Positions 1-10,562 of a stretch of DNA of 64,000 nucleotides are shown here, in pieces. The notes beneath the pieces were generated by a model. The model made no database searches, was not told where the DNA came from, and saw only the letters and a program-made list of their open reading frames with translations. Origin of the DNA: an uncultured Gemmatimonadales bacterium (GTDB lineage: Bacteria > Gemmatimonadota > Gemmatimonadetes > Gemmatimonadales > Gemmatimonadaceae); assembly GCA_963707505.1 (NCBI GenBank), contig CAVPQB010000003.1:608001-672000 (forward strand), read 5' to 3'. The position numbers were made by a program, and so were the translations under genes. The stretch's first letter is position 1. Each line of letters begins with the position of its first letter.

Positions 1-1202
1 AAGATCGCGGGCGTGATCGTCACCCTGCCGAATTTCGGCGACGAGCGCGCGATCGCCGAGACGCTCCGCATGGCCGGCCTCAACGTCCCGGTGCTCATCC
101 ACGCCACGGCGGACGATCCGGCAAGGATGGGCATCGACGTCACGACGCGACGCGTTCTGCGGCAAGATGTCCGTCTGCAACGTCCTCACGCAGTACGGCA
201 TTCCCTACTCGCTCACTTCACTGCACACTCAGCGGCCAGAGTCCGAAAGCTTCCGCGCGGATCTGCGCAGCTTCACCGCGTCTGCCGCGTCGTGCGGGGT
301 CTCAGGCACGCGCGCATCGGCGCGATCGGTGCTCGCCCCGCAGCATTCAAGACAGTGCGATTACAGCGAGAAGATACTCGAGGCCTCGGGAATCGCAGTC
401 GAGCCGATCGATCTGTCGGAGATCCTCGGCCGAATCGATCGACTGGCGAACGACGACGCTGCTCGTGCATGCGAAACTCGAGCAGATGCGAGGCGTACGT
501 GACCACCGACGGCATTCCATCCGAAGCGCTCATCAAGATGGCGAAACTGGGCCTGGTGATCGACCGCTGGATGGCGGAAGCCGACGTGACGGTGAGCGCG
601 ATCCAGTGCTGGACTTCGATGGAAGAGTTCTTCGGCGTGGTGCCCTGCACCATCATGAGCATGATGAGCGACGTGAACCTGCCGAGCGCATGCGAGATGG
701 ATGTCTGCGGTACGATCAGCATGTACGCGCTGACACTCGCGTCGGAGACACCCAGCGCGCTGCTCGACTGGAACAACAACTACGGCGACGATCCCGAACA
801 AGGCCGTGTGCTTCCACTGCAGCAACCTGCCGAAGGCGTTCTTCGAAGACGTGCAGATGGATTATCAGGCGATCATCGCCGGTACGGTGGGACGCGAGAA
901 CACTTACGGTACCGTCGTGGGCAAGGTGAAGGCAAGTCCCGATGACATACGCGCGCTTCTCGACCGACGATCGCACCGGCACGTATTCGCGGCTACGTCG
1001 GCGAGGGGCGATTCACCAATGATCCGCTTACGACGTTCGGCGGCGCCGGTGTGGTGGAGATTCCGCGGCTGCAGGAACTGCTGCACTTCATCTGCGAGAA
1101 CGGCTTCGAGCATCACGTCGCGGGCACTATGGCAACTGTCGCCGACGCGGTGCACGAAGCGACGTCGCGATATCTCGGCTGGGACGTTCACCGGCACGCT
1201 GA
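1..1202 (+). CDS. L-fucose/L-arabinose isomerase-family protein (5'-truncated by window edge, several frameshifts)
   Basis: Pieces across frames: IVTLPNFGDE, FCGKMSVCNVL, IGARPAAFKTV, AIQCWTSMEE, PSACEMD, CFHCSNLPK, ICENGFEHHVA. The stop is inferred near 1200-1202 (needs a 1-nt correction). Confidence 0.75.
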
Positions 1203-1209
1203 TAACAGC

Positions 1210-2817
1210 GTGGCCATCGTCGCAGGAGTCGACTTCGGGACGCAGAGCGTACGCGTCGCAATCGTTGACAGCAAGCATGGGACAACTCGGTGCCGGCGTC
1301 GCGGGATTTCCGCTGCAGCGCGACCGGAACGATCCCGATTTCGCGACACAGTCGCACGACGCGCACATGAGCGCGCTGGTCGATGCGATGCGACTGGCTC
1401 TCGCCGACGCGAGAGTCGCCGGCAGCGACGTTCGTTGCACTGGCGCTCGATACGACCGGGTCGACGGTGATTCCCGTGGGCGAAGGACTCGTCCCACTCG
1501 ATGATTACTATCTCTGGGCCGATCATCGCGCGCAAAGCATGAAGCCGCGCTGATCACAGAGATTGCGCACCGCGAAGGATTGCCGGCGATCGACTACTGC
1601 GGCGGTGTTTATTCGTCGGAGTGGGGCTTCGCCAAGCTGCTGCACTGGCTGCGGAACAATCCCGACAAGCGCGACAGATTCGTTACCGCACTCGAGCACT
1701 GCGACATGGTCGCCGCGACGCTGTGCGGCGTTACCGATCCGCGCGAGATCGCCCGCTCGATCTGCGCCATGGGACACAAGTGGCTCTGGAACGAGGAGCT
1801 CGGCGGCCTTCCGTCCGAGGACTTTCTCTGCGCGGTAGATCCACTCCTGGCCGGCGTGCGCGAGAAACTTGCAGGGTCGCTATCTCACATCTGACAACGT
1901 CGCCGGCGTACTCTCTGCCGGAGTGGGCAGCGAAGCTCGACCTCAGCGCCGGAATTCCGATTCCAGTCGGAGCGTTCGATGCGCACTGGGACGCGATCGG
2001 TGCCGGTATCGTCGAAGGCGACGTCGTCAACGTGATCGGCACGTCGACCTGCATCATGGCGATCGGCGAAGAATGTCGGCTGTGTTCCCGGTGTCTGTGG
2101 CGTTGTACGCGGATCGGCACATCCGGATTACGTGGGGGTCGAGGCCGGTCTGTCCGGCGTGGGAAACATCTTCGAGTCGATCGCGACGCGCGAGCGGCAC
2201 CACCGTAGAACGAGCTCTCCGCTGGTATCGAGCGCTACCGCGCGGGGCAGACCGGACTGTTGCGCATGGCGTGGGACAACGGCGACCGCACGGTGCTGGT
2301 GAATCCGCATCTCGGCGGTGTGACACTGGGCTGGAATCTCAATCACACCGCGCGCGACGAGCTATTCGCCGCGATCGAGGGAACCGCGTTCCACACGCGC
2401 ATCGTACTCGAACGAATGGCGGAGCACGGCGTGCCGATCAATCGCGTGATTCACGGTGGCGGCATTGCGCAGAAGAACGACGTGCTCAACCGCGTCTACG
2501 CAAACGTGCTCGGCAAGCCGGTGCTCGTTCCCGAGCGTCCGATCACCGGACTCGGCTCGTCGATCTTCGCGTTTCTCGCCGCCGGTGTCTTCGGCACGAT
2601 CGAGGAAGCGCAGGCCGCGCTCTGCCCGCCGTATCGCGTGATCGAGCCCGAGCCGCGCGAGCAGGCGACGTATGAACGGCTGTATGAGATGTACCGGTCG
2701 CTGTACTTCGCGATGGGTGATCCATCGTCGCCCGCGATACGTGTCGGCACCGTGCTCCCGGACTTGCGTCGGATTGCGGCCGAGGTACGCGCAGCCAGTG
2801 CGGCCCCAGTGCAGTGA
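1210..2817 (+). CDS. araB: ribulokinase (FGGY kinase), frameshifted
   Basis: GTG start VAIVAGVDFGTQSVR; YCGGVYSSEWGFAK; CAMGHKWLW; GAFDAHWDAIG; GTSTC; WDNGDRTVL; AIEGTAF; GGGIAQKN. araD is nearby. Confidence 0.85.
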
Positions 2818-2838
2818 TGCGGCGCTGCCGATTGGGTT

Positions 2839-2851
2839 GTATACTTTATCC
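2839..2851 (+). promoter_or_regulatory. candidate -10/operator motif GTATACTTTATCC
   Basis: Matches 7872-7884 at 12/13 positions. Lies inside an imperfect palindrome (ATTGG...CCAAT) upstream of the GH31 gene. Confidence 0.4.
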
Positions 2852-2901
2852 AATCTCAAGAAGGGCCATTTGATTCCAGCTTCGGATAAGGATCTACTCC
2901 C

Positions 2902-5184
2902 ATGTCGGATTCCGTATCACGGCGCGACGCCATCAAGCGCCTCGCCACGATCACCGCGGGCTTCGCGCTAAGCGGCGACATCACCCGCGGCGGACTGACC
3001 ATCCGCCGCACTGCTCGCGACATCACCATCGCCGGCCAGCCTGTGGAGATCGCTGTGTTGTCGCTGAGTCCGCAGACAGCGCGGCTCACGATTCGACCGC
3101 TGCAGAACGGGCGCCCCGATCCGCTGCCGATCACGGGTGAGCTCGTTGACGAGGAGCTTGGCAAGATTTCGCGGCGCGGTCGCAATGCGACGGAGCTTGC
3201 ACGCGTACGAGCGGGTGATCTGTTCGTTACGGTAACGGACGACCCGCCGAGGATTCGAGTCGAAACCTCCAGCGGCACGGTCGTTCAGGATCTTGCGTTC
3301 GACGCGTCCGCACCGGGCATGTCGTTCTCACTCGGGCACGGACCGCTGCTCGGACTCGGCGAGGGAGGGCCGCAGTTCGATCGCAAGGGAAAGACCGATC
3401 CAATGATCATCGGACAGGGCGGCTATCATCTCTCGACGAATGGAACTCGCGCCCCGATTCAGTGGCTCGTAGGAACCGACGGCTGGGCGATGTTCATTCA
3501 CCAACCGCACGGCACATTCGATTTCACCGGTACCACCGGGAAGTTCATCCCCGCGCCGGCGTTGCCGCTCGACATATTCGTCGTTTCGTCGAATGAGCCG
3601 CGCGTGATCATGCGCGAGTACGCGCGCATCACCGGCCTGCCCGAGATGCCCGCACTCTGGGGATTCGGCTATCTGCAATCGTCTCGCACGCTCGCCGGTC
3701 CTGACGAGGTGATGGGCATCGCGCGCACCATGCGCGAGAAGCGGCTTCCGTGCGACGCGCTCATCTACCTCGGCACGGGGTTCTGTCCGTCAGGGTGGAA
3801 CACGCGCAACGGTGACTTCACGTGGAACTCCGCGAACTTTCCGATCGCCAAAGCAGCAGGTCGCAGCGTTGCACGCCGAGCATTTCAAGGTCGTGCTGCA
3901 CGTCGTCGTGGAAGGACATCATCTCACCGGCACCGTGTCGGATCCGTGCACGCGCGCGCACCGCTGCCGAGCGGCGTGACTGCCGGACGGCCACTGGCCA
4001 CCCGACCGACAGGTTTCGTGCTACTGGCCATCTCACAAATCGGTGATGGTGGACGACGGGATCGATGGATGGTGGCCCGATCAGGGCGATGGCTTCGACG
4101 GACCGTCGGAGCTCAACCGCCATCGCATGTACTGGGAAGGCACTCAGCTCTTTCGCCCAAACGAGCGCCCGTTCGCGCTGCACCGCAATGCATCCGCAGG
4201 CGTGCAACGGTTTGGTGGATTTCTCTGGTCCGGCGACGTGCAGTCACGCTGGGAAACGCTGCGCACTCATGTCGCGGTCGGTATCAACGCTGGTCTCACG
4301 GGATTGCCGTACTGGGGCACGGACATCGGCGGCTTCGTTCCGACTTCGGAGTACACCGGCGAGCTGTACGTGCGCTGGTTCCAGTTCGGAGCGTTCTGCC
4401 CGCTGTTCCGATCGCACGGGCGCAACTGGCATCTGCATCTCCCATGGGGATGGGATGGCGGTGATGGCGGTCCGCCGGAGACGCGCAATTTCCAGGCGGA
4501 TCCAGCAGAGCTGCACAATACGACTGTCGAGCCGATCTGCCGGAAATATCTCGAGCTGCGCTATCGCCTGTTGCCGTATCTGTATACCGCCGTTCGCGAG
4601 AGTCACGACACGGGGATGCCGATCATGCGCGCGCTGTGGCTGCACCATTCCGGTGACGTAGCGGCGGTCACGCGCGGAGACGAGTATCTCTGGGGCCGCG
4701 ATCTGCTCGTCGCACCCGTAGTGGAAAAAGGCGCGACATCACGGCGTTTGTACCTTCCACGCGGAACGTGGTTCGACTTCTGGACCGAAGATCGCATCGA
4801 AGGCGGACGCGAGATCGATCGCGCGGTGGACCTCGCAACCACGCCGCTGTACGCGCGCGCTGGCTCCATCATACCGATGGGCCCGGTCAAGCAGTATGTC
4901 AGCGAGCAGCGTGACGAGCCGGTGACGCTGATTGTATATCCCGGTGCCGACGGTGAATCGTCATGGTACGAGGACGACGGCAACACGTTCGACTATCGCC
5001 GCGGTGATTTCATGCGTATCACCATGACGTGGCACGATGCGACACGCCGGCTCACGCCTGCGCCTCGCACCAGGGTTCACGCATGCGCGAGCCTGCACCG
5101 CGACGGATCGATGTGCGGGTGGCAGGAAGTAAGAAAGTGACGTCGCTCTCGTTCACCGGCCGTGAGATCGAAATCTCACTTTGA
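2902..5184 (+). CDS. Tat-exported glycoside hydrolase family 31 (alpha-glucosidase/xylosidase), frameshifted
   Basis: SRRDAIK Tat motif; YARITGLPEMPALWGFGYLQS; GWWPDQGD nucleophile region; WSGDVQS; GTDIGGF; RWFQFGAFCPLFRSHG; YEDDG C-terminal domain. Frame changes near 3.85-4.0 kb and 5.06-5.09 kb. Confidence 0.88.
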
Positions 5185-5206
5185 GTGAGTGATTGAATCG
5201 AACCCC

Positions 5207-5232
5207 GTCATTCCCGCTTTCGCGGGAATGAC
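5207..5232. repeat. REP-like palindrome GTCATTCCCGC-TTTC-GCGGGAATGAC
   Basis: Perfect 11-bp stem between convergent genes. The same element recurs at 12120 and 51639. Confidence 0.8.
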
Positions 5233-5266
5233 CGGGTGGGCGCGTGCCATATCGGCCTGACAATCT

Positions 5267-5980
5267 CTAGCTCTTGTCCTGCCCGTAATACGCCGCCGGT
5301 CCATGCTTGCGCAGAAAATGCTTGTCGAGCAACGCTGCCGGAATTGCATCTGCGTTCGCATTCAGCGTAAGCGTCGCGTACGCCATACGAGCCACTTCCT
5401 CGAGCAGATCCGCCGTTTCAACCGCGGCAGCAACCGATTCACCCCAACAGAAACTTGCATGCCCCGCGACGAGCACCGCCGGCATTCGCAGCGGATCGAG
5501 CCCGACGAATCGGCGCACGATCGCGCGGCCGGTGTTGGCCTCGTATTCCGACTGAACGTCGTCGGCCGACAGATGCGCGGTCAGCGGAATCGCGCCGTGA
5601 AAATAGTCGGCGTGCGTCGTGCCGAGGCACGGAATCTCCCGTTGCGATTGCGCCCATACGGTCGCGTAATGCGAGTGCGTGTGGACCACGCCGCCGATCT
5701 GTTCGAATGCGCGGTACAGCTCGAGATGGGTGGCAAGATCCGACGACGGGCGCAAATTCCCTTCCACGACATCGCCGTTCATGTTCACGACGACCATCTG
5801 CGCGGGGGTCATCGCGTCGTACGGCACACCGCTCGGCTTGATCACCACGACACCAGACTCACGATCGATCGCGCTTGCATTCCCGAAGGTGAATCGCGCG
5901 AGCCCACGCTCCGCCAATTCCTTGTTTGCGTCGCAGACTTCACAGCGAAGATCCAGCAATGCATCGCGCCTGTCAGTCAT
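5267..5980 (-). CDS. araD: L-ribulose-5-phosphate 4-epimerase
   Basis: TFGNASAIDR, IKPSGVPY, PSSDLATH, GGVVHTHS, GTTHADYF, KHFLRKHG..AYYGQ. Confidence 0.95.
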   Translation of the reverse strand: MTDRRDALLDLRCEVCDANKELAERGLARFTFGNASAIDRESGVVVIKPSGVPYDAMTPAQMVVVNMNGDVVEGNLRPSSDLATHLELYRAFEQIGGVVHTHSHYATVWAQSQREIPCLGTTHADYFHGAIPLTAHLSADDVQSEYEANTGRAIVRRFVGLDPLRMPAVLVAGHASFCWGESVAAAVETADLLEEVARMAYATLTLNANADAIPAALLDKHFLRKHGPAAYYGQDKS

Positions 5981-7803
5981 ACGATGCCCGCCCGCTGCTT
6001 AGCGCGCTTGATGATCTCCGTCATTGCATCACGATGCGTGGTAAAGGTGTCGTCCACGACCTGAAGTGTGGGAATGCTGTTCGGCGAGAGCGAGAGTGTC
6101 TCGGGATTGAATCGGCCGAATCCTGATTCGTGTACACCGCTGCTGCCGCGACCCGGCGCAGGGCTGCTGAGGTGCTGATACGCGTGACTGTACTTCGACC
6201 ACAGCGGGCCCAGGCCCACCTGAAACATTGGAATGAAGCCGTGCAGCGCGTCATACGGCATCTCGCCGACGCATGCAACCTGTGGATGCTTCGCGCGCAG
6301 GCTCTCGACCAGTCGCCGCGTTCCCTCGTGCATGTCGCCGTTGGTGCTGTTCACGTGACCGCCCACGATGTCGAGAAAATACGCGTCGACACCGTAGCGC
6401 GTTATCATGTCGGAGATCCGGCCCTCGAGATGCTCGCGCCACGCGTCGGCGCCGAGGTTCATGTATGCGAGCCATCCGTCACCGTGACGGTCGTTGTTCC
6501 AGTCGACCCAGTCGAGGTTGTAGACGTTGCCGTCGATCTTTCTTGTTACGGCGTTGGCGATCTTCGGCCAGTTCGGAAGCTTCGTGTTCGCGGCGTTGGT
6601 GCCGTACATCGGCATCAGCTTGAATCCGAGCTTGTGACCCTCGTCGATCAGCCGGCGAAATCCCGCCTCGCCGCCCATGCGATCCGAGACCGTGTAGGTC
6701 GGATAGTCCCAGTAGTAGCGGCCGTCCCACGCGGGCAGGAACACCAACACGCGATCGGCTGGAATCTGCGTCGCCATCCAGCGCAGGATCTCCAGCATCT
6801 TCGCATAATCGTTGAACATGTAGCCCGTGTAGTGCATGCCATGCAGCGTCGTTACCATCGCGAGGTTACGCATCCATGCTGGCACGTCCGTGCGCGTCTC
6901 CCATGACTTCAGGGAGAAAGCTTTCTCGATGTGCTGCATGTGCTGCGTTGTCGCGTCCTGTTCGTTCGCGACGCGACCGAGCCGCCACGCGGGCACAGAA
7001 ATCTTCCTGTCCTCGCGCCAGGCGTCGTGCTCGTAGATCGCCTCGACGCGATAGCTCTTCTCGCCCGGCGCGAGATAGAATCGCTTTGGCCGCATGCGAT
7101 CGTCCAGCGACGAAACGTACAACACGTCAGTCGGCGTCTGGATCATCAGGAGCGGTGTGCTCATGCTGCCACCCGGGCCGTTCAGATCACCGGCGCCGAA
7201 CGCGATAACCGGCGAGCATTTCGTCGTCTCGCGGGTCGCGGAATCCGGCAGCCGCCGAACGAAACGTGGCCGCGCGGCACGCTACGGATAATCGTAGTGA
7301 CTGACTTGACCGGCCGTTCCATCTCCACCACTGCATCCCACTCGATCGCGCTACCGCTCCGCCGCAGCGACGCGGTCAACCGCCCGGACGCAGTCTGCTG
7401 TCCGCCGGCCCAGACGAAACGATCACACGTGAGCGTCAGCGCGTCGCCATTGCCGTCGGTCGTTATCGCCGCACGGTCGAGACCGTAGGTGTTCTCGTCG
7501 GTGAATACGAGAAATCCGAAGCGTGTAATCGCCAAAAGCCACCGACGGCTCGGGAAAGTCGAAGCTGAACTTCTGGAAGCTGCGACCTCGCGGCGGAATG
7601 AATATCTCGCTCGTCGACACCAGGTCCAGAACCGTCCCGGGAGCGTGACGCACGACCGGGGCGGCCGGCCCAACCGGCGGAGTCGTCGCGACCTGCCCGG
7701 CGACGGGCGCCGCCAGCTGCAGGGCATCCGGCGCGACGAGTGCGCCAGCGCCGACCAGGCCCATGGTTTTCAGCCAGTCCCGGCGCGAGACCGAGTCGCT
7801 CAT
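5977..7803 (-). CDS. Tat-exported uncharacterised protein, probable TIM-barrel glycoside hydrolase (frameshifted)
   Basis: Joined from ORF pieces 7423-7803, 7182-7727 and 5977-7164. SRRDWLK Tat motif; WDGRYYWDYP; YGVDAYFLD; VGEMPYD. Its stop overlaps the araD start. Confidence 0.55.
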
Positions 7804-7871
7804 GAATCAAGACCTCGCATCCAACGCTGCCAGGAGTGGTCCTCCGACACGGCCAATCCGTGTCATGTTCG

Positions 7872-7884
7872 GTATACTATATCC
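7872..7884 (+). promoter_or_regulatory. candidate -10/operator motif GTATACTATATCC
   Basis: In the divergent intergenic region; matches 2839-2851. Confidence 0.4.
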
Positions 7885-7949
7885 GAGAGGGGAATCGAGC
7901 GCCAGCACGTCGGCAGCCATCGTCCCCCTGCAGCACATCGCCCATGACT

Positions 7950-7983
7950 GAATCACGCAGACGAATCACGCAGACGAATCACG
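7950..7983 (+). repeat. 13-bp tandem repeat GAATCACGCAGAC x2.6
   Basis: Directly visible; runs into the GAGGAG RBS of the GH127 gene. Confidence 0.85.
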
Positions 7984-7994
7984 AGGAGCATTCC

Positions 7995-10541
7995 ATGACG
8001 TTGTCCCGCCGTAATGTTCTCAAACTAGGCCTGGGAGCAGGCGCGGTTTCATTGCTCGATTCCATTGCGAGCGGAGTCACGGTGGCAGAGGCGACTCCAT
8101 CCGAGAGCAACCTGCTACGGACGCCCAGGCACCAGATGCTCGCGGCCCGTCCGCTGCCCCTCGATGGAGTGCGTCTCCTTGGTGGTCCGCTCAAACAGGC
8201 GCAGGACGCCGACATCAGGTATCTGCTCGAGCTGGAGCCCGATCGGATGCTGGCGTATTACCGGCAGAACGCCGGCCTCACGCCCAGGGCAAAGCCATAC
8301 GGTGGCTGGGACGGCGGCGGCCGCAATCTCACCGGCCACATCGCAGGTCACTATCTCTCGGCGACCAGCGCCATGTGGTCCGCAACGGGTGACAGGCGAT
8401 TCAAGGATCGCGTGGATTACATCGTCACGGAGCTCAAGATCGTGCAGGACAAGCACGGCGACGGCTACCTCAGCGCGCTCGAAGGCGGCCGCCAATGCTT
8501 CAACGCACTCGCAAAGGGCGAGATCAAGGCGGCGGCATTCGACCTCAACGGCCAGTGGTCGCCCTGGTACACGCTGCACAAGACATTCGCCGGACTGCGC
8601 GATGCATATCGCTTCACCGGCAACCGAACGGCTCTGAATGTCGAGACGAAATTCGCAGAATGGGCCCAGGGAATTCTGTCCGGCCTCGACAATCAGCAGA
8701 TACAGCACATGCTCGACACCGAGTTCGGCGGAATGAACGAGGTGCTGGTCGATCTGTACGCAGACACGGGCGATCAACGCTGGTTGAATCTCTCTTACGA
8801 CTTCGAGCACACCGCTTTCATTCAGCCGCTGCAACGTCACGAAGACGTGCTCGGCGGGAAACACGCCAACACGCAGATACCCAAGCTCATCGGCTCGGCC
8901 GCTCGATATGCATATACACAACAGCCGCCCGATCTTCTGGCCGCCGCCTTCTTCTACGACCAGGTAGCACAACACCACAGCTTCTCGACTGGTGGCGACG
9001 GTACTGACGAATATTTCGGGCCTCCCGATCGCCTCGGCGCACGCGTGCACGGGCGCACCGCCGAATCGTGCAACGTCTACAACATGCTCAAGATGTCTCG
9101 GCAGATGTTCTCGATGACGCCTGATGTCCACTACGCGGATTTTCACGAGCGCGCGCTTTTCAATCACGCGATGGCATCGATCGATCCTGACAATTCGCGC
9201 ATGTGCTACATGGTGCCCGTGGGACCGGGAGTCACGCACGAATATCAGGACATGCTGCACAGCTTCACGTGCTGCGTTGGCACCGGAATGGAAAATCACG
9301 CGCTCGCCGGCGACGGGATGTACTACGAATCCGGCGACAAGTTGTGGGTGAACATCTACGCGCCCTCCACTGCGAACTGGCCAGCAGCGGGAGTACACCT
9401 CGCAATGGAAAGCGACTTCCCCGAAGGAGAAACGGCCAGGCTCACGCTCAAACTGCAGCGGCCCAAACAGTTCACACTCGCGATGCGTCGGCCCTACTGG
9501 GCAGGCGATGGCTACTCGGTGAAGGTCAACGGCAAGATTGTCACGGAGCCCGCAGCGCACGCGCCCGCAGCGGCGCCCAAGTCCGCGGAAGCGACGCGCA
9601 CCCCGGCGCGACACCCCATGTACAGCTCGCCAGTGCCGGTGGGATCGTATGTGGAGGTGAACCGCACGTGGCACAGCGGCGACGTCGTGGAAGTCACATT
9701 GCCCAAAACTCTGCGATTGGAACCCACGGCCGACATGCCGCAGCGCGTCGCGATCATGTGGGGACCATTCGTGCTCGCGGGCGATCTGGGCCCCGAGCCG
9801 CCGCATCGCGAAGACGATAATGGTGACGGCGAAAACGAGGGCGTGCACGATCCTGTAGTGGTGCCGCTCTTCGTCGCCGCCAACGTTCCGGTGGAGAACT
9901 GGGTCACGCCGGTGGCGGGGGAACCCGGCCGATTCCGAACTGTCGGCGTCGGCCACGAGCCGAACGCGGCTGGAGTCGCACATGAGGTCGATCTCGTGCC
10001 GTTCTATCGGCTGCATGAGCGAACCTACTCGACGTACTGGGATCTCCTGACCCCCGATGAGTGGACAGCGCAGAAGGCAGAGTACGCGCGCGACGCAGAA
10101 CGCCAACGCAAGCTCGAAGCAGCGACGGTTGCCTTCGTCCATCCCGGAGAACCGGCTACCGAACAGTCGTTCGAGTACCAGGGCGGCAAGGATGCGACCC
10201 CGCAACATGTGCTCGGACGCACGGCCCGCGCAGGACGAAGCTGGTTTTCCTACGATCTACCGGTCGAGGCGGGCCACCCCATGGTCCTGGTGGCCACGTA
10301 CTACACCGCGGACCGTCGCACGTCGCCCGCAAAGTTCGATATCCTGGTGGACGGCCAGCAGATCGCCGAGCAGAAGGTGGATCGAACCGACCCCGGTCAC
10401 TTCTACGATGTGCAGTATCCCGTACCGGCGGCGCTCGTGCAGGGCAAGTCGAAGGTTACGGTTCGCTTTCAGGCCGCTGAGGGAAGCCAGATCGCCGCGG
10501 TGTTCGGTGTGCGAATGGCGCGGGGAGATGCGCTCCCATAG
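7995..10541 (+). CDS. Tat-exported GH127/GH146 beta-L-arabinofuranosidase-like protein
   Basis: GAGGAG RBS then MTLSRRNVLK; GHIAGHYLSA; EFGGMNE; HANTQIPK; ESCNVYNM; FTCCVGTG. Confidence 0.88.
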   Translation: MTLSRRNVLKLGLGAGAVSLLDSIASGVTVAEATPSESNLLRTPRHQMLAARPLPLDGVRLLGGPLKQAQDADIRYLLELEPDRMLAYYRQNAGLTPRAKPYGGWDGGGRNLTGHIAGHYLSATSAMWSATGDRRFKDRVDYIVTELKIVQDKHGDGYLSALEGGRQCFNALAKGEIKAAAFDLNGQWSPWYTLHKTFAGLRDAYRFTGNRTALNVETKFAEWAQGILSGLDNQQIQHMLDTEFGGMNEVLVDLYADTGDQRWLNLSYDFEHTAFIQPLQRHEDVLGGKHANTQIPKLIGSAARYAYTQQPPDLLAAAFFYDQVAQHHSFSTGGDGTDEYFGPPDRLGARVHGRTAESCNVYNMLKMSRQMFSMTPDVHYADFHERALFNHAMASIDPDNSRMCYMVPVGPGVTHEYQDMLHSFTCCVGTGMENHALAGDGMYYESGDKLWVNIYAPSTANWPAAGVHLAMESDFPEGETARLTLKLQRPKQFTLAMRRPYWAGDGYSVKVNGKIVTEPAAHAPAAAPKSAEATRTPARHPMYSSPVPVGSYVEVNRTWHSGDVVEVTLPKTLRLEPTADMPQRVAIMWGPFVLAGDLGPEPPHREDDNGDGENEGVHDPVVVPLFVAANVPVENWVTPVAGEPGRFRTVGVGHEPNAAGVAHEVDLVPFYRLHERTYSTYWDLLTPDEWTAQKAEYARDAERQRKLEAATVAFVHPGEPATEQSFEYQGGKDATPQHVLGRTARAGRSWFSYDLPVEAGHPMVLVATYYTADRRTSPAKFDILVDGQQIAEQKVDRTDPGHFYDVQYPVPAALVQGKSKVTVRFQAAEGSQIAAVFGVRMARGDALP

Positions 10542-10562
10542 CGTCACGCGATGACCCTCAGC

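Noticed and set aside
1051..1470. Apparent isomerase-ribulokinase fusion ORF
   Set aside because: A 1-nt correction restores a TGA near 1200, with araB starting at the GTG at 1210.
1..7803. Multiple frameshifts suggesting a decaying sugar locus or programmed frameshifting
   Set aside because: The breaks are single-base indels in genes that keep their catalytic motifs, and similar breaks occur across the window. Sequencing error is more likely; raw reads are needed to be sure.
8115..10208. 697-aa antisense ORF and other long shadow ORFs
   Set aside because: Opposite-strand shadows of real genes, expected at high GC, with no recognisable motifs.
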